From Acidimicrobiia bacterium (GTDB taxonomy: Bacteria; Actinomycetota; Acidimicrobiia; Spongiisociales; Spongiisociaceae), in contig VXMP01000075.1 in NCBI GenBank assembly GCA_009841075.1, positions 5,907-69,906 of the forward strand: a stretch of 64,000 bases of DNA, written 5' to 3'. Position numbers and translations under genes: made by a program. Below, piece after piece: positions 39,370 through 48,691 of this stretch. Numbering within the stretch: position 1 is the stretch's first letter; each line of letters starts with the position of its first letter. The notes under the pieces were generated by a model. The model saw nothing but the letters and a program-made list of their open reading frames with translations, had not been told where the DNA came from and made no database searches.

Positions 39370-40602
39370 CTATCCGCACAGGGAGCGGGCCAAAGGCGTG
39401 GGGTTGATGGACGCTCCCCCGCCGGGCTGGTATTCCCAGTGGAGATGGGGGATATGGGCCGGTGCGTTACCCGTTGTCCCCACGATCCCCAGCGCCTCGC
39501 CTGCAGAAACCTGTAGGCCGACCTCCAGGCCGGGTGCCCAGGCGTCCAGATGGGCGTAGTAGTAAACGTCGCCGCTGTTCCCCTCCAGCGTGGCCGTTAT
39601 GCCTCCCCGACCCCCGTTGAACATTCGGACGATGATCCCGTCTTCCGCGGCCACCACCGGGATCCCTCGGTCCGCCAGGATGTCCACCCCTTGATGGGTC
39701 CGGCCGCCGGAGCGAGGAGCTCCCCAGGTATCGGTGAACGAGTGGAAGCCGTCTACCGGACAGGTCGTAGCCCCGGCGGAGGGAGTGACAACCGGGGTGA
39801 TAGTGGGCGTGAACGGTAGGGTGGTATCGGTGACCTGAACCGGGGTGGAAGTGGTGGTGGGAAGGGTGGTGGTGACCTCGGTAGTGGTAGTGGTGGTGGA
39901 AGGCGGGATGGTGGTGGTGGTGCTGGTGGCCAGGAAGGCGGCTCTTTCCGCTGCCTCCCGTTCCGCTGCCTCCTGGGCCAGGCGGGCGGCTTCCTCCCGG
40001 GCCAGCTCTTCGGCTCGACGCTCCTCAAGAAGGTCGTAAAGCTCCTGGCCGGCGGCGAGGCGTTCGTTCAAGGTCACCGAAAGCTCCTCCAGGCGATTCA
40101 ACACCATCTGGTGCTCGGCCCGGTCTTGTTGAAGCTGATCCAGGGCCTCGTTGATCTGGGAGGTCAGCACCAGCAGGCTGTTGAAGAGGCTCTGATCCCG
40201 CTCCCGAACGTCTTCGATGTACTCCACCCGGGTGTCGATATCAGCCGGCGAGGTCAGCAGCAACAAGGCCACCAGCTCGTTGCTGGTCGGGTTGCTCATG
40301 TAGAGGTCGGCCGCCCGCTCTCGGATCAGGTTCTGGAGGGCGATCTGCTCGACGGTGTAACCGATTATCGAAGCCTCCAGCTGCTCGATCCGGTTGGCCA
40401 GATCGGCGTCGGTAGCCCAGGCGGCCTGATAATCCTCGGAAAGCTGAAACACCTCGGCCTGGATACGGGCCAGCTCGGCTTCCACCCTGGTCAGCTCCTC
40501 CTCGGTGGTCTGAGCCGGAACGGAAACACCGGCCAGTACCACCGCCAATAGCGCCAACAGCAGGACGCGGAGACGAAAAAATCCCGAAGTCATGCCGACC
40601 AT
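39370..40602 (-). CDS. M23 family metallopeptidase with an N-terminal coiled coil and a Thr/Pro-rich linker
   Basis: Signal peptide, a heptad-rich region, a TTTTIPPSTTTTTTEVTTT linker, and HQGVD...HLHWE M23 zinc motifs. Confidence 0.85.
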   Translation of the reverse strand: MVGMTSGFFRLRVLLLALLAVVLAGVSVPAQTTEEELTRVEAELARIQAEVFQLSEDYQAAWATDADLANRIEQLEASIIGYTVEQIALQNLIRERAADLYMSNPTSNELVALLLLTSPADIDTRVEYIEDVRERDQSLFNSLLVLTSQINEALDQLQQDRAEHQMVLNRLEELSVTLNERLAAGQELYDLLEERRAEELAREEAARLAQEAAEREAAERAAFLATSTTTTIPPSTTTTTTEVTTTLPTTTSTPVQVTDTTLPFTPTITPVVTPSAGATTCPVDGFHSFTDTWGAPRSGGRTHQGVDILADRGIPVVAAEDGIIVRMFNGGRGGITATLEGNSGDVYYYAHLDAWAPGLEVGLQVSAGEALGIVGTTGNAPAHIPHLHWEYQPGGGASINPTPLARSLCG

Positions 40603-40657
40603 TTTGCCCGAAAGGGTGGATTGTATGCGTCAATCTCGAAGGGCCAACAGCTTCTGA

Positions 40658-41029
40658 TCACTCGATAATGATTGTCCGTTGCCTCAGTATCCGTATTCCC
40701 ATCCGGCGGATCCCTTCTCGGACGATGGGGATCATCAGGGCAAACCCCACTGAATCGGTCAGGAATCCCGGGGTCAGCAAAAAGGCCCCGCCCACCAGAA
40801 CCATGGCCCCGTGTACCAGGGCGGCACCAGGAAGAACGCCCGAACCAAGATCGTCTTGCAGCTGGTTCCACACCGAGAAGCCCTGCTGACGAACCATAAG
40901 GGCACCGACGACGGCGGTGAGGGCTATGAATAAAATCATCAGGGCCAAACCGATCCGGCGTTCCACATATATGAACAGCACCAGCTCCAGAATCGGGACA
41001 ACCAGGAAAGCGGCCATAATTGCTCTCAT
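40658..41029 (-). CDS. fxsA: FxsA family cytoplasmic membrane protein
   Basis: About 120 aa with two N-terminal TM helices and a FxsA-like LLTPGFLTD motif. Confidence 0.75.
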   Translation of the reverse strand: MRAIMAAFLVVPILELVLFIYVERRIGLALMILFIALTAVVGALMVRQQGFSVWNQLQDDLGSGVLPGAALVHGAMVLVGGAFLLTPGFLTDSVGFALMIPIVREGIRRMGIRILRQRTIIIE

Positions 41030-41163
41030 AGGGCCAGCTTACTCCAGGAGGCTGCCGAAAAAGACGGCGGTGCTTGGCCCACTATTACATCCAACCGTGG
41101 TTTCTTTTCCTGCTTAGTGGCCAACCGGATATTTTTCAGCCCCCTCCTCGGTATCATTATCCG

Positions 41164-42519
41164 ATGCCCGATCTGCGCCGACTTCCCTCCGTTGACGCGC
41201 TGGCCAGAGACCTGATCGAACAGGTAGAGGGGGTTTTGCCTACCGTCCTGGCGGTGGAGATAGCCCGGCGTAGCGTCGAGTTCGCCCGTTCCGCCGCCCG
41301 AGAGGGCCGGACTATTGACCCGGAGAAAGAGGCCCTCCTTGAAGCCGCCCGCCTGTCGAAAACCCGTCTGAAAAGGGTGATCAACGTCACCGGCGTGATC
41401 CTTCATACCAACCTGGGGCGAGCCCCTCTCCACCCCTTGGCCGCCGGGGAGGCCCGGCAGGCAGCTACCGGTTATGGGAACCTGGAGTTTGACCTGACCG
41501 AAGGCCGGCGGGGTTCCAGAGGGTTCTATCTTTCCCTGCTACTGGCCGGGCTGACCGGGGCCGAAGCTGCCTTGGTGGTGAACAACAACGCCGCCGCCCT
41601 GTTCCTGATTCTGCACACACTGGCTTCCGGAAAACCGGTGCCGGTGTCAAGGGGAGAGTTGATCGAGATCGGAGGTTCTTATCGGCTTCCTCGGCTTATG
41701 TCCGCTGCCGGGGCGCAGCTGGTGGAGGTCGGCACCACCAACCGAACCCGGCTTTCCGACTACGCCGAGGCGATATCCCACCCAACCGCCCTGTTGCTCA
41801 AGGTCCATCCCTCCAACTATCGGGTCATGGGGTTTGCTGAGGAAACCACCTTGTCGGGACTGGTCGCCCTGGGCCGAGAACACGACCTGCCGGTGGTCTA
41901 TGACGTGGGGAGTGGGCTGTTGGACGCCGAGGTACCCTGGTTATCAGGCCCCCCGCCGGCTTGGGTCGGGAACGAACCCGGCGTCCGGCAAGTGCTGGCC
42001 GAGGGGGCCGACCTGGTGGCCTTCTCCGGGGACAAGCTCTGGGGAGGATGTCAGGCCGGAATCATCGTCGGTCGAGCCGACCTGGTGGACCGACTCCGAT
42101 CCAATCCGGTGGCTCGGGCGGTCCGTATAAACGGACCCACCATTGCCGCCCTAACCCACACCGCCGAGCTGTACGCGGAGGGAAGAGGCCGGGAGATACC
42201 CTTCTGGGAGATGATCTCCCGGCCGGTCGAGGTGCTGACCGAACGGTTGCAACGGATCGCCGATCAGTCGGGTGTGACGGCAGAGGTTCGGATGTCGGAG
42301 GCGGTGGCCGGGGCCGGATCGGTGCCGGGGATGACCGTCCCCTCACCGGTGCTGGTGCTCGCCAACCGGGGAGAGTCGCTCTGGGCCGAGCTGGTCGGAT
42401 CGGATCCGGCAGTGGTGGCCCGGCGGATGGCCGGTGATCTGCTGATCGACCTGCGGGCCGTGGCCGAAGAAGACGACGCCACCCTGGCATCCACGCTAAG
42501 CAGGTTATGCCGGTCGTAG
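41164..42519 (+). CDS. selA: L-seryl-tRNA(Sec) selenium transferase
   Basis: The start MPDLRRLPSVDAL is typical of SelA. The PLP fold and NVTGVILHTNLG are present. The track ORF begins earlier at 41074. Confidence 0.9.
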   Translation: MPDLRRLPSVDALARDLIEQVEGVLPTVLAVEIARRSVEFARSAAREGRTIDPEKEALLEAARLSKTRLKRVINVTGVILHTNLGRAPLHPLAAGEARQAATGYGNLEFDLTEGRRGSRGFYLSLLLAGLTGAEAALVVNNNAAALFLILHTLASGKPVPVSRGELIEIGGSYRLPRLMSAAGAQLVEVGTTNRTRLSDYAEAISHPTALLLKVHPSNYRVMGFAEETTLSGLVALGREHDLPVVYDVGSGLLDAEVPWLSGPPPAWVGNEPGVRQVLAEGADLVAFSGDKLWGGCQAGIIVGRADLVDRLRSNPVARAVRINGPTIAALTHTAELYAEGRGREIPFWEMISRPVEVLTERLQRIADQSGVTAEVRMSEAVAGAGSVPGMTVPSPVLVLANRGESLWAELVGSDPAVVARRMAGDLLIDLRAVAEEDDATLASTLSRLCRS

Positions 42520-44312
42520 GAACCGGCGGACACGTCGACCACGGCAAGTCCACCCTGGTACAGGCCTTGACCGGGCGCGATCCGGACCGCTGGAAGGAAG
42601 AAAAGGAACGAGGGCTCACCATCGACCTGGGGTTTGCCTGGACCACCCTCGGAAACCAGGAAGTTTCCTTCGTGGACGTGCCCGGCCATGAGCGGTTCAT
42701 AAAGAACATGCTGGCCGGCAGCGGCGGGTTCGATGTGGCTTTGTTGGTGGTAGCCGCTGACGAGGGCTGGATGCCTCAGTCCGAGGAGCACCTGGCCGGA
42801 TTGGACCTGCTGGATATTCGGAACGGTGTAGTGGCCTTGACCAAGATCGACCGGGCCGATCCCGATCTGATCGAGTTATCCATGCTGGAGGTGGAGGAAC
42901 GCCTGGAGGGCACCTCGCTGGAAGGGAGCCCCATCATCCCGGTTTCCGCTCTGACCGGGGAGGGGCTAGACCGGCTCTGCTCCTCTCTGGCCGAGAAGGT
43001 GGCGGCAGCCAACCGCTATGACGATGCCGTCACCCGTTTATGGATCGACCGGGTCTTCCCGATCGCCGGGGCGGGAACCGTGGTCACCGGCACCCTGGTA
43101 GGGGGAACCCTACGGGTGGGCGAGGAGGTGGAAATACTCCCTGATGCCGGCAAAGGTCGGATACGGTCGCTGCAGGCTCACGAGACCGAACGCAATCAGA
43201 TCGGGGCAGGAACCCGAACCGCGGTGGGGGTGGCCGGACCGGATAGGGACCGGATTGCCCGAGGGTCGATGTTGGGACGACCCGGCGAGTGGCTTACTGG
43301 CCGCCGCCGCCTGGTGGTTTATCGGACGGCGCGCTACGTTAAGCGTCCCCTATCCGGTCGGGGCGCATATCAGCTACATCTGGGGAGCGGGGCCTGGCCG
43401 GTTCGGCTGGTTCCCGCCGGTGAGGTTGAGGATCAAAAGGTGGGTGTGTTGATAACCGATCATCCGCTGCCGGTCAAAATGGGCGACCGCTTTATCCTCC
43501 GGGACGTGGGTAGAAGGCTGATCGTGGCCGGGGGACAGATTCTGGACCCGGCAGCACCGAGCCGGACGGCCGAAGCCAACCGGGCGGCCAAGGCGCTGAT
43601 ACCGGCTTTGAACCTGAGACCGGACCGCCAAGCCACCGCCCTGCTCGAATGGAGGGGGGCAGAGCGACCATCCGTTCTGTCGGCTCATTCGGGGGGAGGG
43701 ATTCCGGAAAAAGCGGTGGGTTCCGCCGAATGGATTCTGAGTAGGAGCTACGCCCAACGCCTGATCCACCTGGCGCAGCAGGTGGTAGCGGACTTCCATC
43801 GAGAAAACCATCTTCGGCCGGGAATGCCCAAAGCCAGCCTGTCCAGCCAACTGGGGATAGGACTGGAAACCCTGGCCGCCGTCCTATCTCTTACCGACCG
43901 GCTCCGAGCGCGGGGGTCGGTGGTAGCGCAGGTCGGTTTTGGTCCCCGTCTCCACCCCTCCGAAGAAAGTGAGTGGGAACGGATCAGAACCGTTCTGGAA
44001 TCAACCTATCCCACGGTGCCCAAACTGCAGGAGATCGGAGCTGAGGCCGAGCTAGTCCATGCCTTGGCAAGAGAAGGGCGCTTGATCCGGATCTCCGAGG
44101 ATTTTGTCTATCTCCCCCTACAGGTCGAGGCGCTTCTCGACCGACTAAGAGAACTTTCGGACGGGTTTACGGTGGCCGACTTTCGGGACGCAACCGGCCT
44201 CACCCGCAAGTACGCGGTCCCGTTTCTGGAATGGACGGATCGGCAAGGGATAACCACTCGGCATCAAAACGAACGCACCTTCACCGGCGATGCCGAGGGA
44301 AGCGTCAGTTGA
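42507..44312 (+). CDS. selB: Selenocysteine-specific translation elongation factor
   Basis: GTPase motifs GHVDHGKST, DVPGHE and TKID, plus the long winged-helix C-terminus. Confidence 0.92.
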   Translation: MPVVGTGGHVDHGKSTLVQALTGRDPDRWKEEKERGLTIDLGFAWTTLGNQEVSFVDVPGHERFIKNMLAGSGGFDVALLVVAADEGWMPQSEEHLAGLDLLDIRNGVVALTKIDRADPDLIELSMLEVEERLEGTSLEGSPIIPVSALTGEGLDRLCSSLAEKVAAANRYDDAVTRLWIDRVFPIAGAGTVVTGTLVGGTLRVGEEVEILPDAGKGRIRSLQAHETERNQIGAGTRTAVGVAGPDRDRIARGSMLGRPGEWLTGRRRLVVYRTARYVKRPLSGRGAYQLHLGSGAWPVRLVPAGEVEDQKVGVLITDHPLPVKMGDRFILRDVGRRLIVAGGQILDPAAPSRTAEANRAAKALIPALNLRPDRQATALLEWRGAERPSVLSAHSGGGIPEKAVGSAEWILSRSYAQRLIHLAQQVVADFHRENHLRPGMPKASLSSQLGIGLETLAAVLSLTDRLRARGSVVAQVGFGPRLHPSEESEWERIRTVLESTYPTVPKLQEIGAEAELVHALAREGRLIRISEDFVYLPLQVEALLDRLRELSDGFTVADFRDATGLTRKYAVPFLEWTDRQGITTRHQNERTFTGDAEGSVS

Positions 44313-44553
44313 TGAGCATGATCTCTTTGCGCTCGGCCTCGGTAAACCCGCCCCAGATCCCGAATGGTTCTCGGATTTCCAGGGCATATTCCAGGCATTC
44401 CTGCTTGACCGAACAGGCGTTACATACCGCCCGGGCCTTGATCTCCCGGCGCTCGCGCTCGTCCTTCCGCTCGAACTTGCTCGGTGGAAAGAAGAGATGC
44501 GAATAGTTATTCCGACATCGGGCGTGGAGATGCCATGAATCGTCGTAGTCCAT
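44305..44553 (-). CDS. WhiB-family (Wbl) Fe-S transcription factor
   Basis: Four Cys residues (C-x30-C-x2-C-x5-C) and the GIWGG turn motif. The gene is AT-richer than the flanks. Confidence 0.85.
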   Translation of the reverse strand: MDYDDSWHLHARCRNNYSHLFFPPSKFERKDERERREIKARAVCNACSVKQECLEYALEIREPFGIWGGFTEAERKEIMLIN

Positions 44554-44639
44554 GCGATGGACCGCCTTCCCTACTCCGCTAAGTTGTCTGTTTGGTTAAC
44601 GTACCGCAAAAACCGGTGGCGAGAAGGGGAGTTTTTCGC

Positions 44640-44700
44640 GTTCCGGTGACTTTCTTTCGCGTTCTCGGAAGTTTCCAGGTCTTTAAGCACCCACCGCCGG
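44640..44700 (+). promoter_or_regulatory. Direct repeats TTTCGCGTTC(C/T)(C)GG x2 plus a GGAAGTTTCC palindrome in the whiB/HEPN divergent intergenic region
   Basis: gagtttttcgcgttccggtgactttctttcgcgttctcggaagtttcc read directly. Confidence 0.35.
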
Positions 44701-44771
44701 CGGGGCTTGACAGTTGCGGGACAGCGCCCGGACTCGCGCCGGGACCTTGTAGGCTGGGGGTGGGCACTGCT

Positions 44772-45218
44772 ATGAAACTGAACACCGACTATCTCACGCG
44801 TTCCATCAATGCCTTGGAGTCCGCCTACAACCATCTGAGCAGGCAAACTCCGGACGAGGAAGTGGCCGATTTGTCGGGCATAGTCCTGTATGACATATTC
44901 CGAGCAGCCTGCGTGAAGGAATTTGAGATCATCCTTGAACAGTGCGGGAGCATTTTGAGAAAGCGGCTGCGGCCTTATATGGCCTCCAACCGCCAGGCAG
45001 ATCGGCTGACCTTTAATAACACTTTCAGGCGATCCGCCAAGCACGGGCTTATCACGGTGGAGGCCTGTGAACGATGGCTCGGATATCGAGAAATCCGCAA
45101 CGATACGGCCCATCACTATGGTGCCAATTATGCGGAAGCCGCCCTGGGGGTTCTGTCCGGGTTTATAGAAGACGCCAAACACATTGTGGAAGTCCTGGCG
45201 ACGCCCTTCGATGAGTGA
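44772..45218 (+). CDS. HEPN-domain protein (HepT-like toxin of a HEPN/MNT pair; NTase substrate-binding family)
   Basis: The start is chosen at MKLNTDYL. The RNDTAHHY R-x4-HxY HEPN motif is present. The track ORF begins at an upstream TTG (44592). Confidence 0.75.
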   Translation: MKLNTDYLTRSINALESAYNHLSRQTPDEEVADLSGIVLYDIFRAACVKEFEIILEQCGSILRKRLRPYMASNRQADRLTFNNTFRRSAKHGLITVEACERWLGYREIRNDTAHHYGANYAEAALGVLSGFIEDAKHIVEVLATPFDE

Positions 45219-45537
45219 AGCATTGGACCTTCCCACCCGCTACCGGGAGCAGATAGAAGCCCTTTTACGCAGGCACGTCCCGGAAGTGGAAGTCTGGGCC
45301 TATGGAAGTCGGGTCAATGGACTTGGCCACGACGCCAGCGACTTGGACCTGGTTTTGAGGGGCCCTGGCCTAAAACCTATTGCTTTAGGCGAAATAGCCG
45401 ATCTGGCCAAAGGTTTTGAACAATCCACTATCCCGATCCTGATTGAAGCCCGAGACTGGGCCAGACTCCCCAAAAGTTTTCAGCAAGAAATCGAACAGAA
45501 CTATGTGGTGCTTCGAAAGGCCGGAGCGATTGGATAA
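45211..45537 (+). CDS. Minimal nucleotidyltransferase (MntA-like antitoxin)
   Basis: GSRVNGLGHDASDLDL matches the GS-x9-DxD NTase motif. The start overlaps the HEPN stop (ATGA-type coupling). Confidence 0.8.
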   Translation: MSEALDLPTRYREQIEALLRRHVPEVEVWAYGSRVNGLGHDASDLDLVLRGPGLKPIALGEIADLAKGFEQSTIPILIEARDWARLPKSFQQEIEQNYVVLRKAGAIG

Positions 45538-45609
45538 CCCTTTGCTGATAAATTGGGTTTAGAATGTAATATATAACGAAGGTTCACCAGTTTGAGGAGG
45601 TCTTGTATA

Positions 45610-46539
45610 ATGTCACGGTTTTTTACTACCCGGTTTCTTACTATAGCAGCAATCACTTCAACGGCCGCCACTGTAGTTGCAGTGTGTATTTTGGTTTTCA
45701 TTACCTTTTTATCCGATCACACCCCTTTGGCTCCTGACCAGGGGAGAGGACAGGCCTATACGATTTGGCTGGTTGATCGGGCGCTGGACCGCTATGAGGA
45801 TGACGGGTTGGGGGCCACGCTTGACTACTACAACAGTCCGGCGAGCTTGGATGGCTCCTGGTATGTGTTCGTGGCCAATCAGGACGGCACCCTCATCGGA
45901 CATTACGACCCTGAAGTGCGTGGTCAATCGCTCGCCGGCCCGCTCGGCACCGATGTCACCGGCTATGAGTTCGGCCGGGCGATGGTTGAGGCGAGCGAGC
46001 AAGGACGCTGGGTCAGCTACGTCTTTAACAATCCGGAGACAGGCCAACCGCAGCGCAAGCATGCCTGGGTGGTCCGCCACGACGGCTATCTGTTCGGTTC
46101 CGGCTGGTATGAACACGCCCGATACGCACCTCCGCCACCCTCCAAGACTAACGCCCCCGCCTACACGGTCTGGCTGGTTGACGAGGCGCTGGCCCGCTAC
46201 GAACGCGACGGTGCCGAGGCGACCATCGAGTACTACAACTCACCTCGGGCGTTGGACGGCCGCTGGTACGTCTTCGTCCTGGAAGATCGGGACGACGGCC
46301 TGTATGCGGTCGCCAACTCCAACCGGCCCGACCTGGTGGGAACTACCTACAAACGCATCGATTCGAGCGGATACGACTACGGGGCCGCCTTCGAACAGAC
46401 CGTTGACGGTGGGGCGGGCCAGTGGGTGTCGTACCTTTTCACCCATCCCGAAACCCGTGAGGATGCTCCCAAACACACCTGGATCGTGCGGCGCGACGAC
46501 CTGCTTTTCGGGGCGGGCTGGTACGAAGGCATCAAGTAA
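45610..46539 (+). CDS. Secreted/membrane-anchored protein with two tandem single-Cache_2 (sCache_2)-like repeats and no output domain
   Basis: GGAGG lies 9 nt upstream. An N-terminal TM/signal segment is followed by two ~150-aa repeats (YYNSP..LDG.WYVFV...GQWVSY.F..PET......W......LFG.GWYE). Confidence 0.55.
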   Translation: MSRFFTTRFLTIAAITSTAATVVAVCILVFITFLSDHTPLAPDQGRGQAYTIWLVDRALDRYEDDGLGATLDYYNSPASLDGSWYVFVANQDGTLIGHYDPEVRGQSLAGPLGTDVTGYEFGRAMVEASEQGRWVSYVFNNPETGQPQRKHAWVVRHDGYLFGSGWYEHARYAPPPPSKTNAPAYTVWLVDEALARYERDGAEATIEYYNSPRALDGRWYVFVLEDRDDGLYAVANSNRPDLVGTTYKRIDSSGYDYGAAFEQTVDGGAGQWVSYLFTHPETREDAPKHTWIVRRDDLLFGAGWYEGIK

Positions 46540-46679
46540 AGGATCGGCTACCGACCAGATGAAAGCCAAACCTAGTCGTTGGTTCGTCTCGGCGCTCACC
46601 TGACCCCCGATTACCGCCGCAGTCACGGTGCCGATACCGAACTCCCTCCTGGGCGGAGCGCCGATACTATACGAATCAT

Positions 46680-47795
46680 GTGCCGGAGGGTTCGGAGAAA
46701 AATAACGCCGAGGGCCATCCGGTGGAGTTGAACCGGCTCCTCTGCGAAATTGGTCCGGCTGACCGGTCGGCCATGCGCAAGGCGGCCCTCCGGCAGAAGA
46801 CTCTTACCAAACCGCCCGGCAGCCTGGGCCGACTGGAGGAGGTGGCGGGACGACTGGCCGGAATCTTGGGGGTGGAGCGGCCGGTTATCCGGGGGAAGGC
46901 GGTCCTGATAGCAGGAGGCGATCACGGGGTGGTAGCTCAAGGTGTGAGCGGCTATCCCCAGGAAGTGACCCGCCAAATGCTCCTTAACATCTTGGAGGGT
47001 GGGGCGGCGATCTCCGTGCTGACCAGGTTGGGTGGCGTGCGGCGCTTGGTGGTAGACGCCGGAATAGCGGGTCGTCAACTCCCCGATCATGCCGAGCTTC
47101 GTTCGTTGAGGATCCGGCCGGGAACCGACGACATCACTCGTGGACCGGCCATGTCCACCGACGAGGCGGTGCGGTGCGTGGAGGCCGGGGCAGACTTAGC
47201 AATCGAGTTGGCCAACTCGAAGGTGGATCTAATCGCCACCGGAGAAATGGGGATCGGCAACACCACTCCATCCAGCGCCATTACCTCGGCCATTACCGGC
47301 TGCGGTCCGGTCGAAACCACCGGGCCGGGCACCGGACGCACCCCTTCGGAGCTACACCACAAGGTTTCGATGGTCAAAAAGGCGCTGGATCGCAACCGTC
47401 CCGATCCGTCAGACCCGATCGACGTTCTTGCCAAGGTAGGGGGTTTGGAAATCGGGGTTCTGGCCGGAGTGGTGCTGGGTGCGACTCGGATGCGACGAGC
47501 GGTGGTACTGGACGGTTTCATCTCCGGCGCGGCTGCACTCATCGCGCAAGGATTGTCCCCGGATTCAGGCGACTACATGATCGCCTCGCATCTGTCGGCC
47601 GAACCGGGCCATCGTCTGGTGCTGGACCGGCTTGGTTTGGACCCACTGCTGGATTTGAGGTTGCGCCTGGGAGAAGGGACCGGCGCGGTGCCGGCCATGG
47701 GCATCGTGGAGGCAGCCGCCCGGTGTCTCACCGAAATGGCCACCTTCCAGGAAGCGGGAGTTTTGGAAGGAACAGAAAAGCAGACCGGCGAATGA
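46680..47795 (+). CDS. cobT: Nicotinate-nucleotide--dimethylbenzimidazole phosphoribosyltransferase
   Basis: KPPGSLGRLEE and GEMGIGNTT CobT motifs. Confidence 0.9.
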   Translation: MPEGSEKNNAEGHPVELNRLLCEIGPADRSAMRKAALRQKTLTKPPGSLGRLEEVAGRLAGILGVERPVIRGKAVLIAGGDHGVVAQGVSGYPQEVTRQMLLNILEGGAAISVLTRLGGVRRLVVDAGIAGRQLPDHAELRSLRIRPGTDDITRGPAMSTDEAVRCVEAGADLAIELANSKVDLIATGEMGIGNTTPSSAITSAITGCGPVETTGPGTGRTPSELHHKVSMVKKALDRNRPDPSDPIDVLAKVGGLEIGVLAGVVLGATRMRRAVVLDGFISGAAALIAQGLSPDSGDYMIASHLSAEPGHRLVLDRLGLDPLLDLRLRLGEGTGAVPAMGIVEAAARCLTEMATFQEAGVLEGTEKQTGE

Positions 47796-48613
47796 AATCT
47801 TTTCAGGCGGCGATGCGGTTTCTTACCATCCTTCCGGGCCCATTGCGCCCTTCTGAAAACGCCCTGTCCGATAGCCCATACTGGTTTCCGGTAGTGGGTC
47901 TCTTCATCGGCGGGATAGTCGCCCTTGTCGACGCCTCGTTTCGTCTCCTGCAGGGACTGGTGCGGTTCGGTGACCTGGGTTGGCACGAGATGGACGGTGC
48001 GGGGTTGTCTCTGCTCCTGGAAGGGGTAGTTCCCTTGGCGCTCCTGGCCGTTATCACCGGTGGGCTCCACCTGGACGGCTTCATGGACTGCTGCGACGGG
48101 TTGCTACGGGTGGAAGATCGAAAGACCCGTCTGTCCACTATGCGGGATCCACGGGTGGGGGCCTATGCGGTCATCGGGGTGGTGGTGCTCCTCTTGGCCA
48201 AGGGGACAGCTCTGGCCGCATTACCGATAGAAAGCCGATTGTGGACTATCGTCCTGATTCCCGGTCTTTCCCGTTGGGCCATCCTCCTGGTAATGAGCAG
48301 GTTTCCCTATGTGCGTGAATCCGGGATCGGAAGGCCCTTCCTCTCGGCCGGCCGAGCGAGGCCTCTTCTGATCGGTTCTGCTATCGCCTTGCCCGCCGCC
48401 CTCGCCCTGACCGGCGGTTTCGGCTTGATCCTGCTGGGCACGGCGGCCTTGACAGGATGGGCGGTAGGTAGGTGGTCGAACCGGCTTATAGGCGGCGTAA
48501 CCGGCGACGTCTACGGCGCAACCTGCGAAATCAGCGAAACCGCCCTGTTTTTCGTAGCCGCCCTGATAACACTGGCCAACCCCTCGCTTCTCAGCTCCCC
48601 CCTCTTGCCTTAG
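47792..48613 (+). CDS. cobS: Adenosylcobinamide-GDP ribazoletransferase (cobalamin synthase)
   Basis: The start MKSFQAAMRFLTILP overlaps the cobT stop (ATGA). It is a multi-TM CobS. The track ORF at 47174 is a read-through extension. Confidence 0.85.
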   Translation: MKSFQAAMRFLTILPGPLRPSENALSDSPYWFPVVGLFIGGIVALVDASFRLLQGLVRFGDLGWHEMDGAGLSLLLEGVVPLALLAVITGGLHLDGFMDCCDGLLRVEDRKTRLSTMRDPRVGAYAVIGVVVLLLAKGTALAALPIESRLWTIVLIPGLSRWAILLVMSRFPYVRESGIGRPFLSAGRARPLLIGSAIALPAALALTGGFGLILLGTAALTGWAVGRWSNRLIGGVTGDVYGATCEISETALFFVAALITLANPSLLSSPLLP

Positions 48614-48691
48614 CCCATCTCACCAGGGCTGCCTCAAATCCAAGGTTTGGTGTCACACCTCGTCTGATTCCTAAACCCTATCCTCTCCGGT

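Noticed and set aside
46540-46680. Cobalamin riboswitch upstream of cobT
   Set aside because: No B12-box (GCCACTG-like) or surrounding conserved core was found on either strand. The region is short and unstructured-looking.
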